The notes beneath the pieces are model-generated. The model worked only from the letters and a program-made list of their open reading frames with translations, was not told where the DNA came from and made no database searches. Positions 1 through 11,870 of a DNA stretch of 64,000 nt are shown in pieces. The stretch comes from Azolla caroliniana (Eukaryota; Plantae; Polypodiophyta), in NCBI GenBank assembly GCA_043228905.1, contig JBHGNT010000002.1, forward strand, positions 8,804,001 through 8,868,000. Direction: 5' to 3'. Made by a program: the position numbers and the translations under genes. Every line of letters begins with the position of its first letter. Positions within the stretch are counted from its first letter, which is position 1.

Positions 1-439
1 GAGGGCTTGAGAGCAAGAGCGTTTAGCGCGATGAGAGCGAGACAGGGTTTCTGAGCTTGAGAGCGATGGAGATTGGGAGCGATAATGAACTTCTGTGTCT
101 GTGCTGCGTTTTGGAAACAGTTTTAGTAACTTACTCCTAGGGTTTTGTGCCTGAAGCGAATCCTGAAGATTCTGAGTCGTGGGTGCCATAATAAGTGACT
201 AACACCACGTGTCCTGAAGGTGAGTGGGGTGCTTCTAGTGCTTTGCATGTGCTTAAATAGGTACTAAATGAGTGGTGGCGAGGGGTGCTCCTAAATTTGT
301 GGGTGCCTAGGTGGGTGGTGTAGGTGTAGCTAATCGGTGGCTAAACTATGGTTAATCCTACCTACTGCTACTTTTATTAATTTCAAGAAGGTGGGTGAGT
401 CCTTATTCAGGAGGACACGTGGCCTCCTCCGTGGTGGTT

Positions 440-1808
440 TCCCGAAACGGGTTGGGTGGTGTAGTGCCTCGATATGGTTGAAGTCGGAAACCATTGGCCC
501 AGCTTTTGACAATGTCGTCGGCGAGTGTGCCGAGCTAGAACGTCCCGTTGAACTCGTCGATAATCCAGAATGGACCGGTCCACCGAAATCTTAATTTTCC
601 CGGCATAGACCCGAGTCGTGTTTGAAAAAGAAGAACTGGTTTGCCGATGGTGAGCTCCTTTTCCAGCCCATGTCGATGTCGATCCACGAAAGCATTGCGT
701 TGCCGTTGGCGTTGTTCGAGCTGGGCCATACTCTCTATCCTATCTTCGCCGAGTTCGAGGAGTTGTTCCAGCCGGTATTGCTCGGATTGGGCCTCAGGGA
801 GCCGTGCTTTGATTTGAACTCGGAGGCTCGGGACTTGGAACTCGACGGGCATTACGGCTTCTAACCCAAACACCATTCGAAAGGGGGTTGATTGGATGCT
901 TGTTTTGAAAGTCGTACGATACGCCCACAACGCGCTCTGGAGTTTGCCATCCCAATCGGTCCTGTTTTCATTGACGATCTTCTTCAATATGGTCTGGAGG
1001 ATTTTATTGGTCGATTCCGCCAAGCCGTTCGCCTGCGGGTAGTATGGTGTGCTTTTCTTGTGCACCACCGCGTAGTGGTGTGTAGTAGGAGCATCCACCG
1101 AGCCAACTGTCCGGTGAGGGCTTGTTTATTGACCAAATAAAGAAGGGCCGAGTGATCCACGTGAAAGGTAAATTTTCGGCCCAAGAGGTAATGCCGAAAT
1201 TTATTGATGCTATAAATCATACCAAGGGCCTCCCGCTCGGTGGTGGAGTAATTCTTTTCCGTGGTCGAGAGCCATCGGCTGGCGTAGTACACGGGCCTAT
1301 ACCAATTCGGGGGTGTGCATTGCATCAGGGCACTTCCGATGGCGATGTCCGAAGCATCTACGAAGACATGAAACGGTTTGGACCAAACCAGAGACTAGAC
1401 CACAGGGGCATGTGACAGCATTCGTTTCAGGGTCTGATAGGCCGTGTCCTCGATTGACGTCCATTGGAAAGGAAGGCGATGGACTGCCGCATGTAAAGGT
1501 GTCGCGAAATCGACCAGGTGTCGTATCATTCGGTTGTGCCACCGGATCTGTCCCAAAAAACGGCTTAGTGCCTTAGCGTTCGAGGGTGCGGTGGCGGTCA
1601 GGATTGCCTTTACTTTATCCGGGTCCATAGCGATGCCTTCTTGACTGACAATGTGGCCGAGAAGGTTGCCGTTGGTGACTAAGAACGCGCATTTCACCAT
1701 TTTTTAACTCAATCGAGCTTGGCGAAATCGGTCCAGGCAGAGTCGTAACTGGGTCATGTGTTCCCGTCGATGGCCATACACAGCGAAATCATCGAGAAAG
1801 ACTGGAAT
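440..1808 (-). mobile_element. Ty3/Gypsy pol remnant (RT - RNase H - integrase), internally deleted, no LTR seen
   Basis: Minus-strand translations: IPVFLDDF / LLGHIVSQEGIAMDPDK / RFLGQIRW (RT); YYASRWLSTTEKNYSTTEREALG and FHVDHSAL (RNase H); STPYYPQANGLAE...ALWAYRT...TPFRMVFG and RWTGPF (integrase, GPF motif). RT-RH-INT order is Gypsy. RH is fused directly to mid-integrase at ~1090. Confidence 0.9.
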
Positions 1809-2056
1809 TAAGTCTGGAAGAAATGGTCACGGAGTTCAACAATTCTTGTGAGTTTATTAGTTCCTAAGTCTTGTTTAGATATATATCACGAGTTCTAATG
1901 TGTCATAATGATTTTAAGCCACAAGGTATATATGAAAATCCAAGAAGTTATGATGAAACAACTTGGATGCATACTTGGGAGCAAGTGATCGAGGATTATT
2001 CGATGATGTCTTCTTATAAGGCATTGTCGGAATACTTTATTGCATTCAAGGATTGG
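1809..2056 (+). pseudogene. Orphan exon remnant, probably an upstream exon of the methyltransferase gene at 10282-11361
   Basis: Non-retroviral frame LSLEEMVTEF...FRYISRVLMCH...MHTWEQVIEDY...FIAFKDW with one stop, ending at a GT donor (TGG|gttagt, 2057). Same strand as the MTase and separated from it only by Copia element A. The linkage is inferred. Confidence 0.4.
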
Positions 2057-3878
2057 GTTAGTATTATTATGGTTAACTAAAGTTTTTTTTTGTTGCAACT
2101 ATTAGCAACCTTTGAGGGGGAGTACACAGACGCAACACGGATAGGCTACGCAATACGCAACACAGCTGACTAGACAAGTTGAAGTACGAAACGGATGACT
2201 TTCCAACATATGGAAGTTGTGTTTGAAGGGGCGTGTTGAGAAGGTTGCTAATAGCTCGGGCAATGTGGTCGGGCAATGTGGACAAGGTTGCTAATAGCTC
2301 GGGCAATGTGGATGACGTGAGACCAAGATCCGATGTAAATTGCCCGAGCTTGTCGATGCCTAAGGCCTTCGTAAAGATATCAACGACTTGTAGGTGTGTG
2401 TTGATGTGTTGGAGGTCAATCTCTCTGGCCTGGACGCACTCGCGGATGAAGTGGTAGTGCACTTCGATGTGTTTAGTCTGCACATGAAATACGGGGTTAC
2501 GAGCGAGGTAGATAGTGCTCATGTTGTCGCAGTACATGCATATTGGATCTTTGATGGGTACGCCCAGGTCTTTTAGTATACGCTTATTAAGCCATATAGC
2601 TTCGCATGCGGTGACTACCGCGCCCCTATATTCGGCTTCCGTGCTCGATATTGCGACTGTCGGTTGTTTCTTGCTGCTCTAGGAGATCGCTCCGCTGCCG
2701 AAGGAGAAGATGAATCCGGATGTGGATCGTCTATCCATTTTGTATCCTGCCTAGTCCGCGTCTGTGTACCCTTCAAGTCGAATGGTCGTATTCGACTTAT
2801 ACAAGATGCCATAATCCATTGTTGTGCTGACATACCGTAGTATCCTATTAGCGCAGTCGAGGTGAAGGTTTCTTGGGTTCTACATGAATTGGCTAAGTAG
2901 GCCGGCCGAATAACTGAGGTCGGGTCGTGTAATGGTTAGGTAGATTTGACTGCCGATCAGTTGACGATACTAAGTCGACTCAATCGCGACCATGCCAGAA
3001 CTGGCATCGATCTTGAGATTACGTTCAAGTGGGGTACTCACAGGTTTGCACTCTGTCATTCCGAACTTGTAGAGTAAGTTGAGAATGTAGTACCGTTGTG
3101 ATATCATGATCCTGACTGGTGTCCGAATTACTTCAATACCTAGAAAGTAATGAAGTTCGTGCGGGTCCTTCATTTCGAATCTGCCGGAAAGAAGTGATTT
3201 AACTTTGTTAATCTCGGCGAGATCCTTTCCTCCGATAACTAAGTCATCCACGTATAGAATGATGACTATCGGGCTATCCAACTCATTTCGGATGTACAGA
3301 GATGTATCAGATTTGGACATCCGAAAGCCAACTTAGTGAAGATACTGCGTGATCTTCGAGTGCCAAGCATGCAGTGATTGTTTGAGGCCGTAGAGTGGCT
3401 TCTTGAGTCGGCATACGGCATGTAGATGATTACGCGATTCAAATCCAGGTGGTTGTGTCATATACACCTCTTCTTCTAGGTCTCCTTGGAGGAAAGCGTT
3501 TTTCACGTCCATCTGATGGAGGTGCCACCCTTTTGCTGCTACTAGCGCGATTACGGTTTGTACTGTCGTCATCTTTGCCACTGGGGCAAAGGTTTCTTCA
3601 TAGTCTACGCCGTGTGTCTGTGCGTAGCCTTTTGTAACGAGTCGTGCTTTGAAGTGATTTACAGAGCCATCGGCATTGTGCTTCACCTTGTAAATCCACC
3701 TGCAACCAATTGGTTTCTTGTTTGGGGGGTGAGGAACGAGATCCCATGTCTCGTTTTTACATAACACTTCCATCTCCTCATTCATCATGTTGACCCATCG
3801 CGGATCCTTTGCAGCTTCAGAAAGCGTTTCCGGTTCGCGTACTGATGCTACCTTTATCATGAATGCGTAATGATACGT

Positions 3879-6814
3879 TGTTGTAGTATGAATCACACAG
3901 TAGTGAAATATGTAAAATACTATATCCGATTTAAAGTACGTATAATAAATAAACTAAAATATTAAAAATATTTATTACGTGCGTAGGGTAGGATTCAAAC
4001 CCTGTACCTCCACGTAGACAAACCCTAGTCTTACCACTATACTAGCATATTATGAACTTTAACTTATACTAAACTTTATTCCATGTAAATTTTCTAGATA
4101 TGCATGGTACAAAAAGTTATTCATGCATACACACTCGAGTTAAAAGAAAAAATGGAATAGAAAGCTAATCATGCACATGCAGAGTGCATGAAAACTAAAG
4201 TTAGGAAAAGCATGATGCTTGCATATGATAAACTTAGACTCTTCCAACACTATATAAGGAAGAGAGAAAGATGTATAGGGGTTTTCGATTATTTTACAAG
4301 GATTGATTAATAAAAATATTCATGGGATTCACGATTATGCCATCTATTTCTCTCTTACATTCTAAGTATCAATTAATACACTATACTCGTGGGATTCACG
4401 AGTTTCATATCTTTCTTCAAATATATCTCTTTCTTGCAATCCATTGACAAGGAGCCTTATCTCGTATTCTTCTTCTCCTAGTCCAAAACCTTAGTGGTTC
4501 CCACCCGATTCACACAGCAATCCGGAGGCGAAAGGCACGACACAACCGATCTTCAAAGATGTAAAAGAGCTTCTAGAAGCTCATGATTCGTGGACGACTT
4601 TCGAGAAGACTCTATTGGAGGAATATGGCTATGAGAGACTGAAGGGACGAGATGCAGCAACGCGCCACCAACAAAAGAAATGAAGCTTAAAAGGAAGACA
4701 AAACCGAGGCGAATGGTGATCGAGGAAGAAGACACCTCCCAACCAATCTGGGTTAATGAAGTGGCCGATACAAAGGCTTAGGTTTGGTATGACGGTACCG
4801 AGAGAGAAGGTGCGAAACAAGTCACCTTCTTGTATTACGAAGAAACGACAGCCAAGGAGGAGGTCGATGACTCGAGGACGGCGAACGCCACTTCGAGGGA
4901 GGATAAATGTTTCGGAACACGCATTGTCTACGAAACATCGGGTGATGAAGGTGCAAGCATGAGAAAAGTTTGCATGATTGAGGGAGATAAAGTGTTTGAG
5001 TCTGACATGATTGAGGAGGTAGCCATGACAAACGACATCGAGTCGGAGGTGGCTAGGGACGAGTCGATGGCGGATAGCCATGTCGAGACTTTCTCCACAC
5101 TTGTTCCAGAGACTTCGGCAGTTGCATCCGTATGCCAACGTGAGACCAGAGAGACGGAAGGTGGTGACGGGAAGACTAAGGCCCAACACAAGGAAGAAGA
5201 AGATAGAGGAAGAAAGGATATCCCCACACCTATTCTAGAGACTTCGGCGGTTGTGCACGTGTGCCAACGTGAGACCGGAGAGACAGAATGTGTCGACAGA
5301 AAAGCGGAGGACCAGTAGGGCAATGAGGAAGAAAAGGTAAATGTGCATGAATGAAGGGATTCCTTCACACCGGTTCTGGAGACTTCGGCAATCGAGACCG
5401 TGTGTCAACATAAGACCGAAGATAAAGGAGGTGGCGGAGAGGAGACAATATGGCTCGAGGCAAGCATACACGGAGGGAAGGATGTGGCTGACGAGGAGGC
5501 CAAGGATGAAGATGCGGTTGAGTTCGATGGAAAGGCGGCATGCGGGAAGGAAGGAAGAGTCGAGAATCAGTTGAACCGGAAGACGATCCGACCGAGATTC
5601 CGGCCCGAACGAAGGAAGATCCACATGGGAGCCGATCGACCGGGGCTGACCCGGCCGAAACCTGATTTTGCGGAAATCGATCAAACAATCCCGAATCAAA
5701 AGGGGGCCGACCCGGCCGGAATCAATCGGTCGAGCTCGACTCGGCAAAATGCAAATGCAAACGAAGGCCAACCGAGCCAAGAAGCGATCGGCGGAGACCG
5801 ATCTGGACAAGGGCAAACCCGGCCTAATCGCAGATCGACATGAACGATCCACAACACCCAATTGAAGACGGTGAGCGCGAGGAGTGGCCAGGAGTCCAAT
5901 CGAAGGACACGCACGGTGGACGAAGGAAGAGCGTTCGGATCGACGACACCGTTCGGTAGATCTACTACAACCGACCGGGGAAGAAGGTGTGAGCGCCGAA
6001 TATGGTGGATCGGGTGGCTACAATGGTTCGGTTGGAAAGATTTGGCATACTCGAAGTGGAAGACGAAGTCAGACGAGGTCGACGAGCATGCGGAGGAACT
6101 CGGTTGATCACCGTTGCCAAAGATCTCACCTCTTCACCTTTCTCGGCACACACCGGAGGATGTGTGGGTTTGGTGGGGGTGGATGTCGTGACGATTTTCG
6201 GCTATGGTGTGAAACCGAGTGAGACGAATAAACCAAGGATGTGCAACATTGCACATACACTTAGCAAATAAGCCTAAGTCCTAGCGGCACTTGAGTTCAA
6301 AAAGAGGGGTGCAAGCAAGGTTTGAACCTTGCACCTCTAAGATACAAGATGATTGCCTTACCACTAGGACAACTATCATATAGTGTAAATTTTATGTATT
6401 TCCTTTTCATATACGAATTAAAGATGAAACAACCATAGAAAACCATGTGCACAAAACCATGGTTCTAAACCCATGGTTTGTGCATGACATAAGCAAAACC
6501 GTGTGCACAAAACCATGGTTTTGTGCATGTCACAAGCATGGAAAGACCTATAAAAGCCTCTAGTTGGGCTTGTGTAAGGGGGGCTCAATATGTGATATCA
6601 CCAACACCACTATCATCAATATAATTACATTTGTCTTTAACTTCTTCATATTTTTCTACTTCTCAAGTGTACAATCTTTTTTCTTCTCAAGTGAACAAAT
6701 TTCATCCAATCTTACATTGATCGTCATCTCTTCGATAATTCCGTGAACGTCCTCCCCAGTCCAAGACCCCGGTGGTCGCTCGAGTAGCACACTCACGCGC
6801 GAATCTTCGCGACA
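3879..6814 (+). mobile_element. Composite Gypsy-type insertion in element A: LTR-like 3879-4542, Glu-rich internal region, PPT, LTR 6184-6814
   Basis: Host Copia frame (YM-AY-HYAFM) is split with no sequence loss; flanks ACGT/ACGC. Both LTR-like blocks run TGT(T/C)G...CGACA and contain a TATA box. G-rich PPT (GGTGGGGGTGGA) precedes 6184. Three ~130-bp internal repeats near 5104, 5232 and 5373. Confidence 0.75.
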
Positions 6815-6976
6815 ACGCCATGTACTCGTCGTAGACGTAGCGGTTTATGGGGTTCTTCTCGCGCGTGGATCAGCGTGGCTTGTCATTTGCGAATTCTAGG
6901 GGATTCTTCACGCTATCTGTGTGGATGTCAAGCCCATCGAACTCACTGTCGAGATCGAAATGATCTTCATACTCCT

Positions 6977-7414
6977 TGTTGCCGATTAGGAACACAGTCC
7001 GCGGTCAGTCCTTCGACCTAGACCTCAAAGTGGGTGTGGAACAATGAACAGGTGTTTAAGCGTACTGTGTAGGGGGAGAATCCCTATAACCTATCAGCGT
7101 ATAAGGGAGACGGCTACAACCAAATCCCTATCAAGGGTTACACTTACGTACTTAAACGCTTAGGTATTCAAGACACACACAGTGAATTAGTCGTAGCTAT
7201 ACACAGGAAATCAGAGAAGATAGAATTCTATTATCAGGCATTTCTTTACATTCCCAAAATTACACACCCTCTATCAAAGGTTTTCTGCCCTTTATATACG
7301 CAGGGTCTATTTAGCCGTTCACGCTTCTTGCGTGAACCGTTACATGCGTTATGCTCCTATATTATTTCCTATTCCTACGCTTTTGTCCGTCGGTTACTAT
7401 TCCGGCGGACAACA
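6977..7414. mobile_element. Solo LTR nested in element A
   Basis: TGTTG...CAACA termini with a perfect 5-bp TSD CTCCT (6972-6976 / 7415-7419). The Copia sequence rejoins across it. Confidence 0.9.
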
Positions 7415-9976
7415 CTCCTGCATTTTTGCCTTGCCTTTGCCTAGCAGTGGACTTGGCCAAGATGTGCTTTGATCACTTGGGGGTCTTGTGGTCCACTAAG
7501 CCATGTCGAAATTGAACTTTCTTCGTGCAAATGCGTGAGACGATCTTCGGCTTCTATTCTTATTTTGGTGTCATCCACGTCGAGTGGGGTAGGAGTCGCA
7601 GTGTTCTTTGGTGCGTACCAAGATGCGTATTCGTCGAAGACTACGTCTCGACTTGTTCGAACCTTACGAGTAGATGGGTTGTAGCATTTGTACCCCTTTT
7701 TTTCGAGCGAGTATCCTACGAGGATACATTTCTCCGACTTTGGATCGAGCTTTTGTTGCGTATCGTCGGGAATATGTACGTAGGCGATTGAGCCGAAAAT
7801 GCGGACATGCGATAAGTTCGGCTTCTTTCCAAAGAACTTCTCATGAGGAGTTATGTCGTGTACTCTTGAGGTTGTGCACCTATTCATGAGGTATACGGCC
7901 GTGTTCGCCGCTTCTACCCAGTACGATTTCGGTAGGTTCTTCTCATTCATCATGGCTCGTGCGACTTCTACTATGTGGCGGTTTTTACGCTCAGCTACGC
8001 TGTTTTGCTGAGGTGTATGTCGACACGAGAACTCTCGTCAGACTCCTTCCTTGCGGAGATACGCCGAGAATTTATCCGAAAAATATTCTTTGCCTTCATC
8101 TAATCGAAGGCAACGTACATGCCGGCCTGTGGCTTTTTCCACTTCGGCTTTGAACTTCTGGAAGTGGCCGAACACTTCCCTCTTTTGCTTCATCGGATAA
8201 ATCCAAGTATTTCTCGAGAAGTCATCGATGAACGTGACATAGTAACGGCATCCGCCGAAAGTAGCTATTTGGGTTGGTCCCCACACATCTGAATGTATGA
8301 CATCCAAGATCCCTTTGCTTACATTCCGCTCTTTTGGAAATGGATGACGGCATTGCTTTCCGAATTGGCATGCTTCACACATGCCCGTGAACTCCTTTGC
8401 TGTAAAGTTCGGGAGTCCGATTACGACTCCTTTTGTCTGCATGTTCTGAAGCTTCTAGATATTGATGTGGCCGATTCTCTTGTGCCACAACTTTAAGTTG
8501 GTTTCGACTTTCTGGCCTTTTGCGTACATGACCGACTTTACTTCACTCGACTCGAGGATGAACATATGGCCTTCTCGTCTGTCGTGAACTACGATTTGAT
8601 CACCTTTTTCAATGAAGCACCCATCGTTGTTGAAGCGTACCTGCATTCCTTGTTCTACAATCTGGCCTACCGAGACCAGATTTTTCGTGATGGTGGGAAC
8701 TTGCAATACGTTCTTGAGGTAGGTCTGCTCGCCGTCATTTCCGAATGGGACATTCCTAATATGCTGTATTGGATGAGTCGTATCATCGCCTGTTTCGACA
8801 TATCCGGGACGTTCCGGCTTCCGTAATTCCCGAAACCAATCTTCATGGGAAGTCATGTGATTGGAAGCTCCCGAATCGACAAACCATACACTATTAGGAG
8901 TGGAGGCATTGGTTGTCGCAAATGCAGACATCGACTGTGCTTCGTGCTTCATTATGAACATTCCGCCACGGTCGCCGTAGTCGGAGTTCGTGGCGTAATT
9001 TGTCAATTGTCGACCTACCTCACGTTTCTTCTTCCGGCACTCCTCTTCGTAATGGCTGGGTTTTCGACAATACCCGCACTCGACTAGGTTTCGGTGATTG
9101 CTTGGTCCGGCGTTATGACTCCCCCTTCTGCCGAACTCTCTGGGACCATTTCTATCCGTTTTCCATTGGTGAGAGTTATACTCTTGATTTTGCCGATCAT
9201 TACGACCTTGTCCGAAGCGACCTCTGTGACCTCGGCCGAAATTCCTTCTGTCATCCAACTAGGAGTAGAGCATATGACCATCTGGTGCGTTGCTCCTCTG
9301 TCGGGCGTGATTCACTTGGACCAGCAATATCGACTAAAGGTAGAAGAAGGAGGGAGGTTTCTCCCTTGCCAGAATAACCGATCTAATCGCGCCGAAATGC
9401 GGTGCTAAGCCTCCGAGGCATACCTGCACCAGTTCGTCATCATCAATGAAAACGTTAATCGATTCGAGGGCGTCTCATAGCTCCTTGATCTTCAATGTAT
9501 AGCTTGAGATTGACATGTCCCTCTGGTGGATGCTATTCAGCTCCTGACGAAGCTAGAGCTTGTGTGCGGCCGTGTTGGCTGCGAAAATCTTTTTGAGGTT
9601 TTCCCATGCCTGCTTCGGCGTTTTTACCTCTCGAATGTAGCCAAGCATATGATCATGAACACATGATGCAAGGCAATACAACACACGGCTTGCGGCTTGC
9701 TCTCAAGTGGGATAGTCAACGTGTGTTGGGTTGGGGTGTAATTCATGAGCTCCTTCGATGTAGCTCCAATAGCCTTGTCCGACAAGGTATTGATGCATCT
9801 TGTATTCCCAAGATGCAAAGTTCGTTCTGTCAAGCTTCTCGGTAGGAAGAGCGCTTCCCATTTGAGTATTCATGGTGATTTCTTCTCTATCGATGGGCCG
9901 GTTCTGTTGATCGTCGGCGCGCAGCACAACAGAGTCGAAAAATGTTTGATCAGGCAACCATGCGCTCTGATACCAG

Positions 9977-10281
9977 GTTAAGGAATGGGAAGGCAAGAGT
10001 GGTTGCAATGCAATGGAAGGTGAACGTATATGTGTATGTGTGTGTGTAACAGTAGGGGGAGAGAGAGAGAAATAGAGAGACAGAGAGAGACAGAGATGGA
10101 CAAAAGTGTATATGATATTAACGCAATGAAATACATCCAACAATGACTAAGTTACAATGAGTTGGTTTATATACCAACTAAGCTAGGGCAAGCGCCCTTT
10201 CTACTATTTAGAAAACTAGCCTGGAATGTCCATGAGCTAGTGTGAGACCTATCTATGGGAAGTTGAGTTCAATTGTCAACA
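9977..10281 (-). repeat. 5' LTR of Copia element A
   Basis: Starts TGTTGACAATTGAACTCAACTTCCC on (-), similar to the start of the element B LTRs. Immediately followed by the Met PBS. Confidence 0.85.
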
Positions 10282-11361
10282 ACTCGAAATTGGCAAAGAA
10301 GGACTATAGTATGCTTACTGCAAATATACCTTACGGATTTCGGATGGTAGGTTCATCTTATGATGAAGAGCCATTTAGGTTGAAATAGCTGGAGAAAATG
10401 GTCAAAGATTTTGCGAAACAGACCTCGATGTCCTTGTGGAGAATCATTGTGTTTCATAGCATGGAACAAGGGTACTCTGTGGCTGAGGCATTGAGATCTC
10501 ATTGCCATGGCATCGAGAACCTTGCTTGGTAAGGATTTTATTTTGTTACATCTTGAATAAATTCATTTGTCTATGATTCTTTCTACTTCATTTTAAACTA
10601 TGTCTTTTGGTTACTTGTGATTGGCAGGATCAAAACCATCGTGAAAAAAGGACCAACATTTCGGTTCGTGAATGCAATCAAGTACATAATGGTTGGTTAT
10701 TTCGACGAAATAAAGAAGCAAAGGATTAAGGAGCATTCTAATGAAGTTGGAGGTTCAAATCTGCTAGTGTATGCAGTAGTTACACACAAACTATGACATG
10801 TCACCACTATAGAACGGGGACTTGTCAACCCATAGCAGAAACCCCAACACCTTATGATGTGCATGATGGAAATGGTTTCCAATGAGGGTGATTAGATATT
10901 AGATTTGTTCTCTGGCACAAGTATAATTTAAAACTTGTTGGTTATTGTAACATACTCGAACACATTCTGTTGGCTAAAACAACCTTCTTGTCACTTTGAT
11001 TGTAGGTACTACATCTGCATGTGCTTTGAAGCTCTTCCGAAACACTATTGCATTGGAGAAGCACGGGGAGCAAGTGAGCTTTATCAATATGAGGATAAAG
11101 GCCTTATGGGAATGTCCAAATCAAAACGAAGAGGTCGGCGCAAAGCACATCGCTGATACAGAACGGTGTCAAGCTGCCTCTTGTGAGCCGATTCCTCCAT
11201 TAGTTGGTGAACTTGGGGAGCTCATTGATCTTGATGATGAGCTTATAGAGGACCCTAGGGTTGCCCGCCTATCTGGAAAGGACACCAATGCACAAATATG
11301 CGATGACGGTTCTCAAAAGGAGGAAGAGGGGAATGATGTAGATACATTGATTGCTATGTGA
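10282..11361 (+). pseudogene. Intron-containing beta-class amino (N4-cytosine/N6-adenine) DNA methyltransferase pseudogene
   Basis: Exons 10282-10528, 10628-10920 and 11006-11361; introns 10529-10627 (gtaagg..ggcag) and 10921-11005 (gtataa..tgtag). The spliced frame reads KDYSMLTANIPYGF (motif IV-like) ... ENLAW/IKT..RFVNAIKYIMVGYF ... VNP*QKPQHLM (motif X) ... NEGD*ILDLFSGT/STTSACALKLFRNTIALEK (motif I, SAM binding). Four in-frame stops (10386, 10794, 10833, 10893) and no frameshift. Confidence 0.85.
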
Positions 11362-11459
11362 AACATCATTTTATCATTAGAGCCCTATGAAGTAGTGTTA
11401 ATATCTTTTGCAATACATTGATAATTTACATTTAAATCGAAGTTTTATTATTTCTATTC

Positions 11460-11870
11460 ATTTGGTTTATTGTTTGTAACATATTGTGGTTTATTGTCTT
11501 TAACATTTTGAATTATAATATACCTTTAACTTTAGAATTCCATTGTTACATCCAAATCCATTTGTTTGGTTTATATTGCCACAACATCCATTTGGATCCA
11601 AATTCATTCCATGGGTTTATTTTGAATTATAATATATTACGTTTAACTTTACAGTTTCATTGTATCCTAAAACCATTATCTTGGTTTATAGTATGTAACA
11701 CCTGTTTGGATCCAAATCCATTGAGATCTTAGTTTATTGTGAATTATAATATACCATTAACTTTACAATTTCATTGTATCCAAATACATTCGCGTGGTTT
11801 ATTGTCTGTCCCATTTGAATTAAAATATACATTTATAGACAGTTGAAACTCTACAATTTCATTGTATCTA
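11460..11870. repeat. Degenerate ~115-bp tandem repeat (3-4 units)
   Basis: Recurring GGTTTATT..TGAATTATAATATA..TTAACTTTACA.TTTCATTGTATC..GGATCCAAATCCATT motifs. Confidence 0.75.

Larger units (their letters stand above)
2099..10281 (-). mobile_element. Ty1/Copia element A (degenerate; 3' LTR lost; carries two nested insertions)
   Basis: 5' LTR 9977-10281; PBS TGGTATCAGAGC (tRNA-Met type) at 9964-9975 (-); gag EKLDRTNFASW; zinc knuckle CGYCRKPSHYEEEC; protease WFVDSGASNHM; LWHKRIGH; integrase IHSDVWGP..FIDDFSR; RT LHQMDVKNAFL, LYVDDLVI; RNase H YCDNMS..TKHIEVHYHF. Many stops and frameshifts. Confidence 0.95.

Noticed and set aside
3983-4047. Bona fide tRNA gene (also at 6311, 12629, 30198 and 60172)
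   Set aside because: A/B boxes are present, but no convincing acceptor stem or anticodon arm could be folded, and all lie inside LTRs. Reported as tRNA-like cassettes instead.
10282-11361. Bacterial contamination as the source of the MTase
   Set aside because: It has spliceosomal introns, plant retrotransposons on both sides, and a second copy with the same intron inside a nested plant transposon.
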